Shown here: in pieces, positions 1 to 11,700 of the stretch
How the letters are laid out: each line of letters opens with the position of its first letter
Numbering within the stretch: position 1 is the stretch's first letter
IMG/VR virus record: IMGVR_UViG_3300021197_001350
Coordinates: 1-64,000 of that record
Strand: one strand, 5' to 3'
Origin: a virus
Length of the DNA stretch: 64,000 nt
The notes under the pieces: model-generated
Databases searched by the model: none
The model's input: the letters and a program-made list of their open reading frames with translations, nothing else
What the model was told of the DNA's origin: nothing
Translations under genes and position numbers: made by a program

Positions 1-162
1 TTGTTTAACTTCCGTGGTTTCAAGTTCGGAAGTGTTGGTATCTGTCTTCTTATATGTAGTCACATTCCAATTTTGGGACTCAAAGTGTAGGTCAATGTTA
101 ACCTCATTCTCGCCTGTAACTTTTATATTAAACTGATTACATTTAATCTTTGGGGTCATCAT
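1..162 (-). CDS. Hypothetical protein, runs off the left edge (MMTPKIKCNQFNIKVTGENEV...)
   Basis: Hand translation; open frame from ATG at 162, overlapping the end of 143..358; not in ORF track. Confidence 0.55.
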   Translation of the reverse strand, partial: MMTPKIKCNQFNIKVTGENEVNIDLHFESQNWNVTTYKKTDTNTSELETTEVKQ

Positions 163-358
163 CAGTCTCCTCGTTTTCTTTTTCTTTTTCTTCTTCGGGG
201 TCGCTCATTAGAACTACTCCATAATCCCTTAAGTCCATAGCTGCAAACAGAAGAGTTCCCGCTAGAGTTTCGGACTCAAGCCCGAACTCTGATTGAAAAT
301 AGTACACCTTGTCGGCTATACTTTGGGTAAACTCATCTATCTGCTTATGCCTTTTCAT
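143..358 (-). CDS. Hypothetical protein with acidic C-terminus
   Basis: ORF track; overlaps both neighbours in operon fashion. Confidence 0.6.
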   Translation of the reverse strand: MKRHKQIDEFTQSIADKVYYFQSEFGLESETLAGTLLFAAMDLRDYGVVLMSDPEEEKEKENEETDDDPKD

Positions 359-572
359 TTATTATTTCAAAAATCTTTTGTATGTCTCGCCTTCTATCCT
401 CCGAAACTTTCTCAATGAAGTATAACTTCTCCTCCTGTTTCGCATTATCTAATTCAATATCCCTAAGGTGAACTTTTAATGTGTCAATTTCATTCTTATT
501 CTTCTTAAGAAAAAAAGCTAGAATTGATAAGGATACCCCAATCCCTACGAACATATACATCGCATCAGGCAT
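345..572 (-). CDS. Small membrane protein, N-terminal TM helix plus coiled coil (holin- or spanin-like)
   Basis: YMFVGIGVSLSILAFFL followed by KKNKN and heptads; start moved to ATG 572 (TAATG overlap with upstream stop). Confidence 0.55.
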   Translation of the reverse strand: MPDAMYMFVGIGVSLSILAFFLKKNKNEIDTLKVHLRDIELDNAKQEEKLYFIEKVSEDRRRDIQKIFEIINEKA

Positions 573-1717
573 TAGCAATCTCCTAACCCTTGAGTCTTTG
601 AAACTGGATCACAACAAGCCCCGCCAGGATCACTCCCTAGATTTTCTGCAACAGTTCCTTCTGCTGATGGAGGCACTGCATTTTCAGGGCAACAACAGAC
701 ATGGGCGAATGGATTATCTGGCAGGAACACACCAGGTGGGCCTTCAGTGCAATCTTCTGTACAGCATGACCCGTCATCTATTGTAGCATTTGCATCGTAA
801 TTACTTGACCCTGAATCCATGCATCCTTCGCAGTCATCCTGAGGATCGCATTCGTAATACTCGTATGTTCCAGTTCTTTCATCGCTCCAGCATAGGTCTG
901 TTTCATCCGAATCAATTACCCCATCTTCATTTAAATCTATGTCATATCTAGGCTCTCGATCAGGGCATCCTCCCCCTTCAGGGCTTGGGCAGTCGCAGTT
1001 CCCTGTGGATCTATCCCATGGGATACCCACATATTCTGGATCCTCACCCACTGTAAGGACTATACCTTCCATTGGTATCCATTCTGTATCCACGGGCGGA
1101 GATGATCCTGTATTGGTATTCAATCCAGCGTGCCATCCTACGACACCCCCGATCAATTTACCATCCTCATCATACCTATCCCCTTCATAGCTTGAGCAAC
1201 CCTTCTCCTCGGGTATTCCTGCCCCAAGCCACATTGGTTTATTCTCCTCAATGACTGCCTCTAGATTGGCCAACGCTTCATCATATTCTACCTCAGCCTG
1301 ATCAGCTAAATCCCTAAGCTTTCCGCTCTCAGGTTTTTGGTCGGAGGCATCTCGTGTGGTCTCCATATTTATGTGTGCTTGGGCTGCTGTATTGTGTGCT
1401 TCACCTATTAACTCTATCTGCTCTGGAGTATTCTTATATTCAAGTACAGTTGCGCCATCTTCCTCGCCATCTTCCGTAAACTTACATCCTGATGGCGTGC
1501 CTATTCCGTGCGTAACATCAGTTGCATATTTATAAAATTGAGTTATACAATCACCAGCATTGGTTGCTGATCCATAGTCCCATTTGAATGTACATATCTG
1601 CACACCTTCTATTCCCTCACAACATTCACACTTACATGGATCGGCATCATCAATGTCAGCACAATCCACCTCGCAGCATTTACCATCCTTAATTGGAGGC
1701 CATACAATCTTAGCCAT
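572..1717 (-). CDS. Cys-rich acidic protein with Ca-binding-like motifs, probably virion surface
   Basis: Many CC/CxC pairs, DLNEDG motif, GCMDSGSSNYDANATIDDGSC motif. Confidence 0.65.
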   Translation of the reverse strand: MAKIVWPPIKDGKCCEVDCADIDDADPCKCECCEGIEGVQICTFKWDYGSATNAGDCITQFYKYATDVTHGIGTPSGCKFTEDGEEDGATVLEYKNTPEQIELIGEAHNTAAQAHINMETTRDASDQKPESGKLRDLADQAEVEYDEALANLEAVIEENKPMWLGAGIPEEKGCSSYEGDRYDEDGKLIGGVVGWHAGLNTNTGSSPPVDTEWIPMEGIVLTVGEDPEYVGIPWDRSTGNCDCPSPEGGGCPDREPRYDIDLNEDGVIDSDETDLCWSDERTGTYEYYECDPQDDCEGCMDSGSSNYDANATIDDGSCCTEDCTEGPPGVFLPDNPFAHVCCCPENAVPPSAEGTVAENLGSDPGGACCDPVSKTQGLGDC

Positions 1718-1913
1718 TCTCTTTCCTCCAATTCAAACTCCACTTAAAGCTTTGCACTTCTGTTATAGTCTTTGCTTTATCTGGATCTATTTGAGACACA
1801 GCACTACGCAGATTAGTTTGTAGTGTATCAACAAGAACAAGAAGGTCAGCAATCTCTCTGTCCTTATCTTGAACTAACTTGCTCAGTCTTTTTATTTCTA
1901 GATCCATCATCAT
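1710..1913 (-). CDS. Small coiled-coil hypothetical protein
   Basis: Start revised to ATG 1913; the track's upstream extension runs through a structured element. Confidence 0.55.
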   Translation of the reverse strand: MMMDLEIKRLSKLVQDKDREIADLLVLVDTLQTNLRSAVSQIDPDKAKTITEVQSFKWSLNWRKENG

Positions 1914-1914
1914 T

Positions 1915-1980
1915 AAAAAGCGGGGGGCTGGCTTGCCAAGCGAGAAGCAAGCCGTGCGTCTACCCCAAAACGCACCCCCC
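1915..1980 (-). terminator. Three-way-junction RNA element followed by U5 (terminator/attenuator or small structured RNA)
   Basis: Minus strand GGGGGG/CCCCCC closes TGCGT..ACGCA and GGCTTGC..GCAAGCC hairpins, then GCTTTTT. Confidence 0.55.
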
Positions 1981-1986
1981 AAAAAT

Positions 1987-2088
1987 TCATCCCGATAGGT
2001 GATTTAATACAGCTAATGCAATACCCGCAATAACAAGTATAACAATTATCTTTTTATTACTACATAATTTATCGTATAGATTCTTCAT
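1987..2088 (-). CDS. 33-aa single-TM peptide MKNLYDKLCSNKKIIVILVIAGIALAVLNHLSG
   Basis: Hand translation; below track cutoff; overlaps the end of 2069..2488. Confidence 0.55.
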   Translation of the reverse strand: MKNLYDKLCSNKKIIVILVIAGIALAVLNHLSG

Positions 2089-2488
2089 TTTTTCTTACCT
2101 TTGTGTGTATGTGCCTGGAGAACCATAGCTGCAGGATCATCCAAGCGGCTATAATGATTACCCCTATCTTAAGTATATCATATACGCCATCTAGTATGCT
2201 GTCAAAAAAGCCTGATGCCTTCTTGTCTTTAAGTTTCTTTTCTAATAATGCATCCACATCACCAGTGGTGAGTGCAGTGATAGTATCTTGAGCTTCCTTT
2301 AATTCGGCATCGCCCTTAGCTAATTCCCCCACTGTCCAGCCTGCCCCTGCTCCCAGGCCAGCCGATACAGGCCCGCCAATTGATCCCGCCGATCCACCAA
2401 CCACGCTGCCAGCCAATGGATAAAATTTCTTTAGACTACATGAGCCAAAAGATAATAATGTTATACAAATTACAACTTTTGTTATCAT
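2069..2488 (-). CDS. Putative lipoprotein with glycine zipper and C-terminal TM helix (unimolecular-spanin-like topology)
   Basis: Signal peptide ending LSFGS-C; GxxxG zipper; C-terminal IGVIIIAAWMILQLWF followed by a basic tail. Confidence 0.55.
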   Translation of the reverse strand: MITKVVICITLLSFGSCSLKKFYPLAGSVVGGSAGSIGGPVSAGLGAGAGWTVGELAKGDAELKEAQDTITALTTGDVDALLEKKLKDKKASGFFDSILDGVYDILKIGVIIIAAWMILQLWFSRHIHTKVRKNEESIR

Positions 2489-2799
2489 TTTTTAGGCTTA
2501 GCTTTAGCCCTAGGCTTAGCTTTAGCTTTAGGCTTAGGCTTGGGCTTGCTTCTGGTTAGCTTGACTGGAGTTGCAGGTTCAATCTTTTCGACATCGATAC
2601 CCGAATCCCCCAGCTTCTTCTTCATTTGAGTCATGGCGGTTTGAAGGGTAGCCTTCTTCGCCTCCACTGACTTCATCAAATCCATCACCCTACTCATGTC
2701 GGGTGGCTTAATACTCTCAAGGGATTTTTCTAGTTTATCAAAGGCAGCCTTCATTACGAATCCTGCTTCTCGCTTTTCATTCTCGCTTAGTTCTTTCAT
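2485..2799 (-). CDS. Hypothetical protein with histone-H1-like KPKA tail
   Basis: C-terminus KPKPKPKAKAKPRAKAKPKK; ATGA overlaps at both ends. Confidence 0.65.
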   Translation of the reverse strand: MKELSENEKREAGFVMKAAFDKLEKSLESIKPPDMSRVMDLMKSVEAKKATLQTAMTQMKKKLGDSGIDVEKIEPATPVKLTRSKPKPKPKAKAKPRAKAKPKK

Positions 2800-5700
2800 A
2801 GGTTTAAGTATAGTAGTCGGTTCTTGTTTATGTTAGCTCTATTATATCTGTCTTGGGACATAGAGCGATTAAAATCTACCTTCCTAGGCTCAAGGTAATT
2901 AAGGTATTTCTCGTGTAATCTAATGAGATCAAGCACATTCTCCTTTCCTCTTTGGTTCATATGCTTGAATACTTCCTCGGTCTCATCTGGTGTAAGTGTT
3001 CGCTGGAATAAATCCATAGGTTGTCTGGCTTTCCATGATGATACGATAGAGCCTATCGGATCCTCTTTACCCATATCAACTGCGACACTTATAGCATCCT
3101 GAAGTATATTGTTAAACTCCTCAGGATCATCGCCGTAAGCTGCGAGTTGCATCTGCCTTATCCTTGCGGTAAGGGGAGTCGGATTGGTTCTCATGCCACT
3201 CTTCTTTAGTGGTACTCCTGCTGACCTTCCTGCTGATCTCAGGTAATTGTATGCATCGACCCTCTTCACTCTCCTTCTCTCGTTATCATTGATTGGCATG
3301 AGGAGGTTGTTTACTGTTTGAGTAAAGTGGGCAGGTGCTTGACCTGCCATTACATCAACGATCTTCTTGCCATCCTCGTAGTTCATATACCAACCTGAGT
3401 GCATTATGTTTACAAATGCATCTCTTGCATTGGCCACCTGAGAGTAAACTAAAATTCTATCAATACCTAATGCACGCTGACCCTGCATAGGATCTGTCCA
3501 AGCAGCCATACCGTAAGCCGCTTCCATTCCAAGTCCGTAAACATTTCCTGACCTCGCTAGTCTCTCAAGTATAGCAAGACCTTGCCCATCTTTATTTGAA
3601 AGCATATTGAATGCAGCAAATCCAGGCAACAGATTGATTGGGTCAACCTTTCTAAGGTTACTCTTCTTGCCTAGTATCTCCTCATCATACTCATCCATTA
3701 ACATTGTGGCTGCTATACCTATCGGCATACCTACCGCACTGATCCCAGCTAAACCTTTTAGCACTGAGTTAATTGTGTACCTACCTTCTTGAGTTTGAAG
3801 CGATCCGTGAACCGCATTACTTTTTCCAGTAGCCCACCGAAGCAAGGGGGTTGCAACTCTAAGTATACCATTAGTCCTAAATGCAACTGGAGTTGAGCCA
3901 ATACCTCCCTCTAAGTTTATATCATCCATAGCTATCTGATACATATTAAGGTAGTCCTCCTTACTAAATATCTCCTGCTGGTTGGTCTTTCTATTATAGG
4001 ATTGCTTAATAAAATCTAATAGTGATTGACCTGTATGCTCCGCCCATGTATCTGCGAGATACTCCAATGCCCTTTCGTTCCCGCCAATCAGACTTCCTTT
4101 TATACCTAAGTGCTTCAAGTTGAATCTAAAGTTTGGATCCCCCATCACGCTCGGGTTTTGGTCAATGTAAGCTAAGGCTCTAGTTATCACAGTCCTCCAT
4201 ACATTTATACCACCTTCAGCTACCGCAGAACCGAATACATTATTAAGCCAAGAGAAAGGTGATAGTGGAGTAAAAGGAGCAAAGCCTGACGATCCTGTCG
4301 AACCACCCTTTAGTCCTATGGATTTATCAAGACCATCTTTGATCTTCCTAGATGTGCGAACGATACCCTCTCCCGTACCTTGAACTCCGTGATTAGCAAA
4401 CAGTTCTTTGAAGGTTAGATCCTGCTGGCCTGGCGTAGATCTTATATAGTTAATTGCTTTAGCTGATTCAGTTGCCTGCATCAGAGGTATACCCAAGCCC
4501 TCATTGAAGAGAGATCCGAACACATTCTTTATTGAGTTGTATATAAAAGTACCGCTTGCCCTAGCCGAGATGGTTCCGTAGCCAAGCCTCTGGGTATAAT
4601 CCATACCAGATAAGGCTTGCCATAATCCCGACTTGGGTGTCCTGAGAACTAGGTCGGCATTCAGTGATGCTAACTCTTCTAACATTCTCATGTCTTTAAA
4701 TCCTCCGCCAGGTGCGGAGAATAAATCTATCATCGACTTCTTTAAGTCTTTGATTTCATCCCTTATTCTTGCCGCATCTCTTGCTGATTCATACCTCTCC
4801 TTACCGAGCTTTGATATAAGGAATTGCTTCCTCTCCTTTTCTGTCTTTAAGCTTAGATAAGCAGGGTTCTGTTGCACCTCAGTAAGTGGTAGTTGCAGTT
4901 GCCTAGCTTCAGCCATCGCTGCATCCATCATGCCTGATAGGATACTACTATCCCTGCCAAATGCAGCTACGCTGGCAAGCTTTGATACATGAATACCTGC
5001 ATCAACTTTAGTGAAGGTGTCATACTCCAACCACTCCCTTGGGAATATTGTGTTGGTTCGAGCGTCCATCATTCTATGAGGAGTAGTCTCGCTACTCATA
5101 GGTGTAGTGTCCACCTTGACCGCTATGGATCTACCCATCTGATAGACCTGCCTTAACCTGCCTAGTATGTCTGATGCAAATGCGGGCAGGTCTTGTATAT
5201 CAGCGTCCTGATTTAAAAACAATTGAACAACAAACTCCTTAAAGCTTTTGCCTGAGTCCAACCATGCTGACATTACCTCATCCTGAGGTATAGGATGTTT
5301 AGCATTAGACCCCCGCTTCTTTGGTGCTGTGAATATAGGATCGCCAGGTTTTGATAACAGTGGATCAAGGAATGTATTGATTATAGTTTCATTAAATAGT
5401 TGATCGGCTAGCCCCATCATCTCATCGAAGGCGGCATCCTGTCCCACTGCCTTCTTGCCTAGTAGTTTTATTTGATTAAATATATCAGAGTTATTCCATC
5501 CACCTACCACAGATAGGTACTCACCTTCATTATTCCCCATTATTGTTGTGAGTGCAGCTATAACTTCCCCTCTCATTTGCCTCGGTATGGTGATCCTTCC
5601 GTACTTTATTCTTCTCCGAAGTATATTCTCCCTACTTCCTGTAAGTGGGTTAGACCATTGTACTGATGGATCTTCAACCAACACATTGTGCTTATCCGCT

Positions 5701-8700
5701 ATTCCATTCTCCCACTCCGCTATGTTTTCTGTTGCAACCCAAAGCTTCTGTAAAGCACCTTTCAAGCTGGGGGATACTGGTTTACCACTGCCCTTCATGG
5801 TCTTCTCTATCTCTTTGTATACCGCACCATATAAAGCCGTTGGGTCATTGGCTAGGTCAGGCATATTTTCTATCCAATATATAGCGGTGTCATACACCAT
5901 CTCCTTGAATACGGATTGATCCATCCCACTTGCCTTGATAGCTTCACCATAAGCCCCCTCCCATTTGCCTGCCAATGATACCTGCTCATTCCTATTGTTC
6001 TGCTGTATCCTCCTGAACTCAGCAATCATTCTTGTGACCTGCACCCCTGACTGCCCTGTAGCTCGGAGTCTTTGCTCTAAAGTATTTAATGCCCTGTCTA
6101 GCATATTGCGATGTATAGATTTATATTCTCTATGAACCACAGCTTTGCTTAACTGCATGGTCATGTCTGACAGCATACGATTAAAGGGTTCATCCCCTTT
6201 GCCTTTGGCATCTTGTTCTGCGAGGTACGCCTTATTAAAATACTTAGCGTTATTTATCTTGATTCTATTTTCATCCGTACCTTCAATGCTATACACGGCT
6301 TTAGTAGCAACCCAATCATTGCCAACCTTTTGCATTATGAAATATTGTTCGCCAGGTACAGCATTAAAATTATATCCGACACCTAGTCTTTGCTGCAGAG
6401 ATTTCTCCTTCCCTGATATACTTACCATAGCATCCTCGTGAAGCTTAATCAGGGCTTTTGTTTTCTCGGCTTGCTTTGTTTTTCTCTTATGAATTAGACG
6501 CGCCTGCGCGTATGCGTCTCTTACTTTATAAACTTTGGAAACAGATTTCCTTATTCCTTTTATCTCTCTCCTTAAATCCTTAAGTTGTTCTTCGGAAAGT
6601 CTTTGAGTTCTTTTTATCTCATCATCTATCTTGCTTGCATCACTTGTATCCTTAGATGTGCGAGCTTCAAGCAATGCCATTTGGAGAGCCTTATCTTTGG
6701 AGAAGGCGACCAATGTAGACATGAGTGGCTTATTGTTTTTAAGAGACTGGAGTTCTGGTTTGGTTGATCCATTTATAGCACTGACTATTTCAGTTTCACT
6801 AGCATTTGCGTAATCAATACCAAGCTCTGCCATTGCTTGTATATATGCGAACACCTTAGTGTTGCCATCGAATATATCATAAAGGGCATCCCTATATACT
6901 GATGACAATGTATCCCCCTTTAGTACCTTCTCTACTTCTTTTATAGAGCCAAGCAACTTGCCGTGATCAAAGGTCAGGTCTACCTGCCCGTCCATTCCAC
7001 GCATATAGTCCTTGATAAGTTTTCTTACCGCAGCCTGAGCCTTAGCCTCATGCACCGTGGCATCATTCTTCTTTGTCGTAAGAGCATTTATTTCTTCAGC
7101 GGCCTCTTGTATAGAGTCCATTGCATCGTCTAGTTTTTTCTCAAGACGACCCTTCTTACGAATAAGGTTATTCATAGTGTTGGTATGCAACTCAGCTGCG
7201 AACCTTAATGCCCTGTCCGTCATCGCTGGATTACCATCGAAGTCTACTATAGATAAGTCAGCAACCTGTGCGTCTCGGGTTGCGATTGCCCTAAGGTTTT
7301 CCTGAGGATTTATTTTAAATAAATCCTTTATGTAGGACTCCAGGTTACCCTTGTACCCCTTGAGTATAGCATTCTTATGGGAATCCTCTATTGAATTTAA
7401 TAGCAGTCTATTTGATGCAGCCTGCGTACCATCGTAAGCATTAGTTCTTTGGGTGGATGCAGACACTGCGTCATCCTCATCTACATCTATCCTTCTCTTT
7501 AATTGTGGGCCATCGAATGCTTTCGCCTGAACAGTCTTTAGGGTTTTGTTCGGGAATGGCAGTATGACCTGAGAGCCATTCTGAACATCTTCATTCCTTC
7601 CACTAATAATAAAATCATGCCCGCTTATATCGTCCTGCCTAGACCTAGTAGATGTCATTAGAGATGACATTAACTCCTGTGCATAATCAGATGTCCTTAG
7701 GGTTGAGCCATTTGCTGTGCCAGTAATATCTGCAGAGAATGATGGTTCGTCTGCGTAAAGTCGGGTTGCGTAGTATGCGGGCATAGTGGAGTCTACTATC
7801 TCGCGTTTCTTAGCTATAACCTGATCTAGTAGCATAGGAGTTTCCTCCTTGTATGATATACTCTTAGGGCTTTTAATAGATCCGCCACCTTCCGCAGATG
7901 TCAGCTTGGTAAAGTCACCTTCAGTTTTACCTTGAGGGTAATGGATGTTCCTAAAATACTCAGGCTGTCCTTCCTTACTGACATCTATCTGGGCATCTCT
8001 TCCTGTTAGATATACAATAAGCTCAGCAACTTTAGCTTTCATTCCGTCAAGCCTTTCCATCATCTCTAGCTCAAGGTCAACTGTGGGCGACAGGCCAGGC
8101 TGAAATTCTGAGTCTGTGTATTCGTCAAACAATCCAAGGTCGCGAACCTCTTGGCTCAATCGGGTGGCTCGCTTAATAACAGGTATGAGATCTGCGAGTA
8201 TAGCTTCAGGAGTAACTCCTGCCTGGGAGACTAAGTTTTTAAGCTGGCTATACACGATCCTTGGGTTACCAGAATACTTCATCTTCTTGCCGAATTGCGT
8301 GTTAAGGAAATGAATAATGCCATCCACATCGCTCGCTTCATTCTCTATACTCTCTGGGTCTGTACCCATTGACATGATAGAATCGTTATTTGCGTTAGCT
8401 AAACTCCCCTTGGTGTTATGCTGGTAGAATCTAAACGACTGCCCTTTATCAAAGGACACTATATGTCCATTTGCTATACCGAAATTACCTGCGTGTCCGT
8501 CTCTATTGTTTACAATGTAGTCAGCAATCCCGTGTTTAATTAAATCAAGGACATACTGTTGATTGTTAAGGTCACCAATATCTGCCAAGTCTTGCTCGGT
8601 TGCCGACTCATCAAGAGTGTGCTTCCTTTGAGACCTAAGCTCCTTCATCTCTTGCATATCGTCCACCTTGTATTGCTCAAGGTTTCCATTTCTCACCTTA

Positions 8701-11700
8701 GCAACCGCCACTAAGCCTCCAGTAATGTAATTTGTTACCGCACTGCCGACCGCTTCTCCGTAAAGTCTTCTGTTAGATGCAGTGCCTCTTTTGTCAATCT
8801 TAGTTAATAATGTTTTAGATTTCCATAATCCATTATCAAATAACACATCTCCTTCTGGTGACTGCCTTTGTTCTAATGTTGAGTTACCTCCATATAAATC
8901 TTCACCAGACCTAATTAAGGACTGACTTGGTGTGCTTTCTAGCTCGGCATCTGCCGCAGCTAGGGCTATAAATTCTTCAGGTATGTTATTAAGAAGGCCA
9001 CCGCCAGCAGTGACCTGATCCTGCGTCTCTCGTCCATCAATACTACCTAAGCCCTGCTTGATAGTAGTGCTACCAAAATACATCCCTGTCTCTATTGCAT
9101 CTATTGCTCCATAAGATAGTTGATTGCCGCTTCTAAGGAATACATTAACAGCTTTGGTATTATCTTTATTTATATTTACTCCCGTGAGCTTAGCTCCCCC
9201 CACCCAATTTATTGTATTAGTGGGCATACCTTCCTTTACTTCAGTAAACCCTACTGGTGTGACAACCGCATACTCGGATTGCCCCTCTGGGCCAGCACCT
9301 TCTATTTCGACAAGGGTTTTTGGTGGGTTAAGTACGCCTGACATATTTAGGATTATTGATCCGAAAACTTCTTGACTCGCCTGCTCCTTGCTCATCCTGT
9401 CGAGCTTGAACATTCTTCCATCCTGAACAAATACATCCGCACCATCCATAAATGGGGTGCTATCCTTATCTACAACAACAGGCTTGGTTTCATCAAGCCT
9501 TCTGGCTACATCTATAAATGAGAAATGGGGGTCGTCACTTGTTGCACTCCCCTCTGACAGTTGCTCAAGCTTATGTTTTAAAGTTATTAACCCTAATAGT
9601 CTTGAGTGTGGCATACCTGCCAGCTCAGCGTGTTGAATTAAGGCATACTTAAATGCTTGCTCTTGCTCTCTGGTTGGTATTACAGCACCATCAGGGTTAA
9701 ACATACTATAGTTATTAAGCGTATCCTCAAACCTTGTACCCTTCGGCTTTCTACCTTTATCTATTTGTTCTTGCTTGCTTAATACAAAATCAATCTCATT
9801 CAGTTCTTTACCAAAATTAAGTATAGATGTTATTGTAGCAAGGTCAGCCTTACTGTACCCCTCTTGAACCATCCATGATATGGTTTCTGAAACGGAGTCA
9901 TTCTCAATGAAGTATTGAATTGGATCTAAGGCCGACTTACCTGAGGGTAGATCGTTGCCATACTTGTGTACATCCGATGAGGTCATGCCTTCGAGTTCTG
10001 CTCGGATTTCTTCCACCTCCTCGTTGTCCATGAGTTCTAAATTGTAGTCACCTGCAAGTAGATCTTCTAGCTTTGAGCTTTCTATGGACATTGCATTGGT
10101 GTCACCCTTCGCATTGAAGTCAGTGCTGGTAACCTTGCTTAATGCAGTGATTGGGTTTCTTAAATTAATAAGAGGGTCAGACATAAAGCTCTTTTCATCA
10201 AAAACTGAAGGGGTGGAGGTATACTTTCCTCCCTTAAGTACGCGACCTGACATATTGTATAACACTGAGAGGTCATGCACATCTGAATAAAAACTTGATA
10301 GCACTGGCTTGCCATCTTTTACGGGGATATTTCTGTAACCCTGACTAAACCAGGGTATCCTGGCTCCAGTGATATGCTGGGATGCAGCTATAAATAAACT
10401 TGCTGAGTTTCCGTATTGCTGATTCTGCACGCCTTCTTCATTTATCATCAAGGGATTCTTTGCACTTGTAAACAAAGGAAGTATCATCCCTTCCGTAAAC
10501 ATATTCTCATCAAGTATAGGAACCTGAATCGAGTCTGTAGTGGGTACAAGGTTTGAGTTTATTGCCTCATCAGACTCAACTAACCTTTTATTATATTTCT
10601 TTGCTTCCTTTCTTAGGGCATTCTTATGCCTTTCGGAAAGACTTGTATCATAATATACTAGCCCACCTTGGTACTCTATTAAGTCCCTTACATCCACATC
10701 ATAGCGGTTCGCCGCATCTTGCCATGTGGGATTATTCTGACTGCTAGTCGGGATACCTGATTCAAGGTCAGCAACCTTATCCTCCGTCTGTAGTAAAGTC
10801 TGAGATGATGGTATACTATTAACCTCTGCCGTAAAGGATGTGCCTGTCAGTGAGCGTTGAACATTTTCTACGCTAGCCTCAAGCAGTGTATTCATTTGCT
10901 CACCCATATAACTTGCGTGGGCAGTAAACTCCTCGTGTGATACTTCCTCAAGATGCTTGCCTAGGGCTTCCGCACTTACCTCACCCGAGAACATATATGC
11001 CTTTAAAGATTCTGGGCTTGCGACTGACGCTGGCTCAACTTCACCACTAATCAACCCATTGCGGGTGATCCTTGTTTGTACAACACCAAGATCTGGGTCA
11101 CTATACAAGTCTGACTTGACCCTAAAGTAGGAAAGTTGCCCATCTTTTCCTTCAATGGCAATCATCCCCATAGGTTCTTTGTCGTTAGTTACAGTTGCGT
11201 AATGCTTTACATTTGATATGTCCCTAATGATTACACCATTAGACACTAAATTTTCATGCGGAGCAGACACTACCCCAGGAAGATAGAACATTCTTCCGAT
11301 AGCTTTATTCTTCTTGTGGACAGGATAACCCCACCCGTCTTTACCTGTATTCTTGTGGTGAACATTCTGACTCAGGCTAGGCTCACCCGTAATCTCGTCA
11401 TATACATAGCCCTCAGTAAACTCCTCTTCTAGTATTGAGCCTGATAGTAAGCTTGATGGAACTGGATATAACTCAGACTCATCTATGGTTGCCTCACTAG
11501 AACTAATAACACTGGTTAAGTAGATCGGTGCTAGATTATTAAGACCCTCATTTGTCATAATCTCATCATCAAGTATGAGCTTAGCCTGAGATGAAGTTCC
11601 TGCCATAGAGAAGTTTTCAAAGTACGACTTTAAATACCTCTGCCTTAATGTAACCCGCAGTGCATCCTGAGACAGCCCCCTGTGAGCTTGCAACGATTCA

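Noticed and set aside
1914-1982. Upstream extension of ORF 1710..1982
   Set aside because: TTG start running through the GC-rich structured element; ATG 1913 is more plausible
7228-7250. VDFDGN in the giant protein as an RNA polymerase active site (virion RNAP hypothesis)
   Set aside because: Third Asp of DxDGD is Asn, the context is helical, and no other RNAP motifs were recognised
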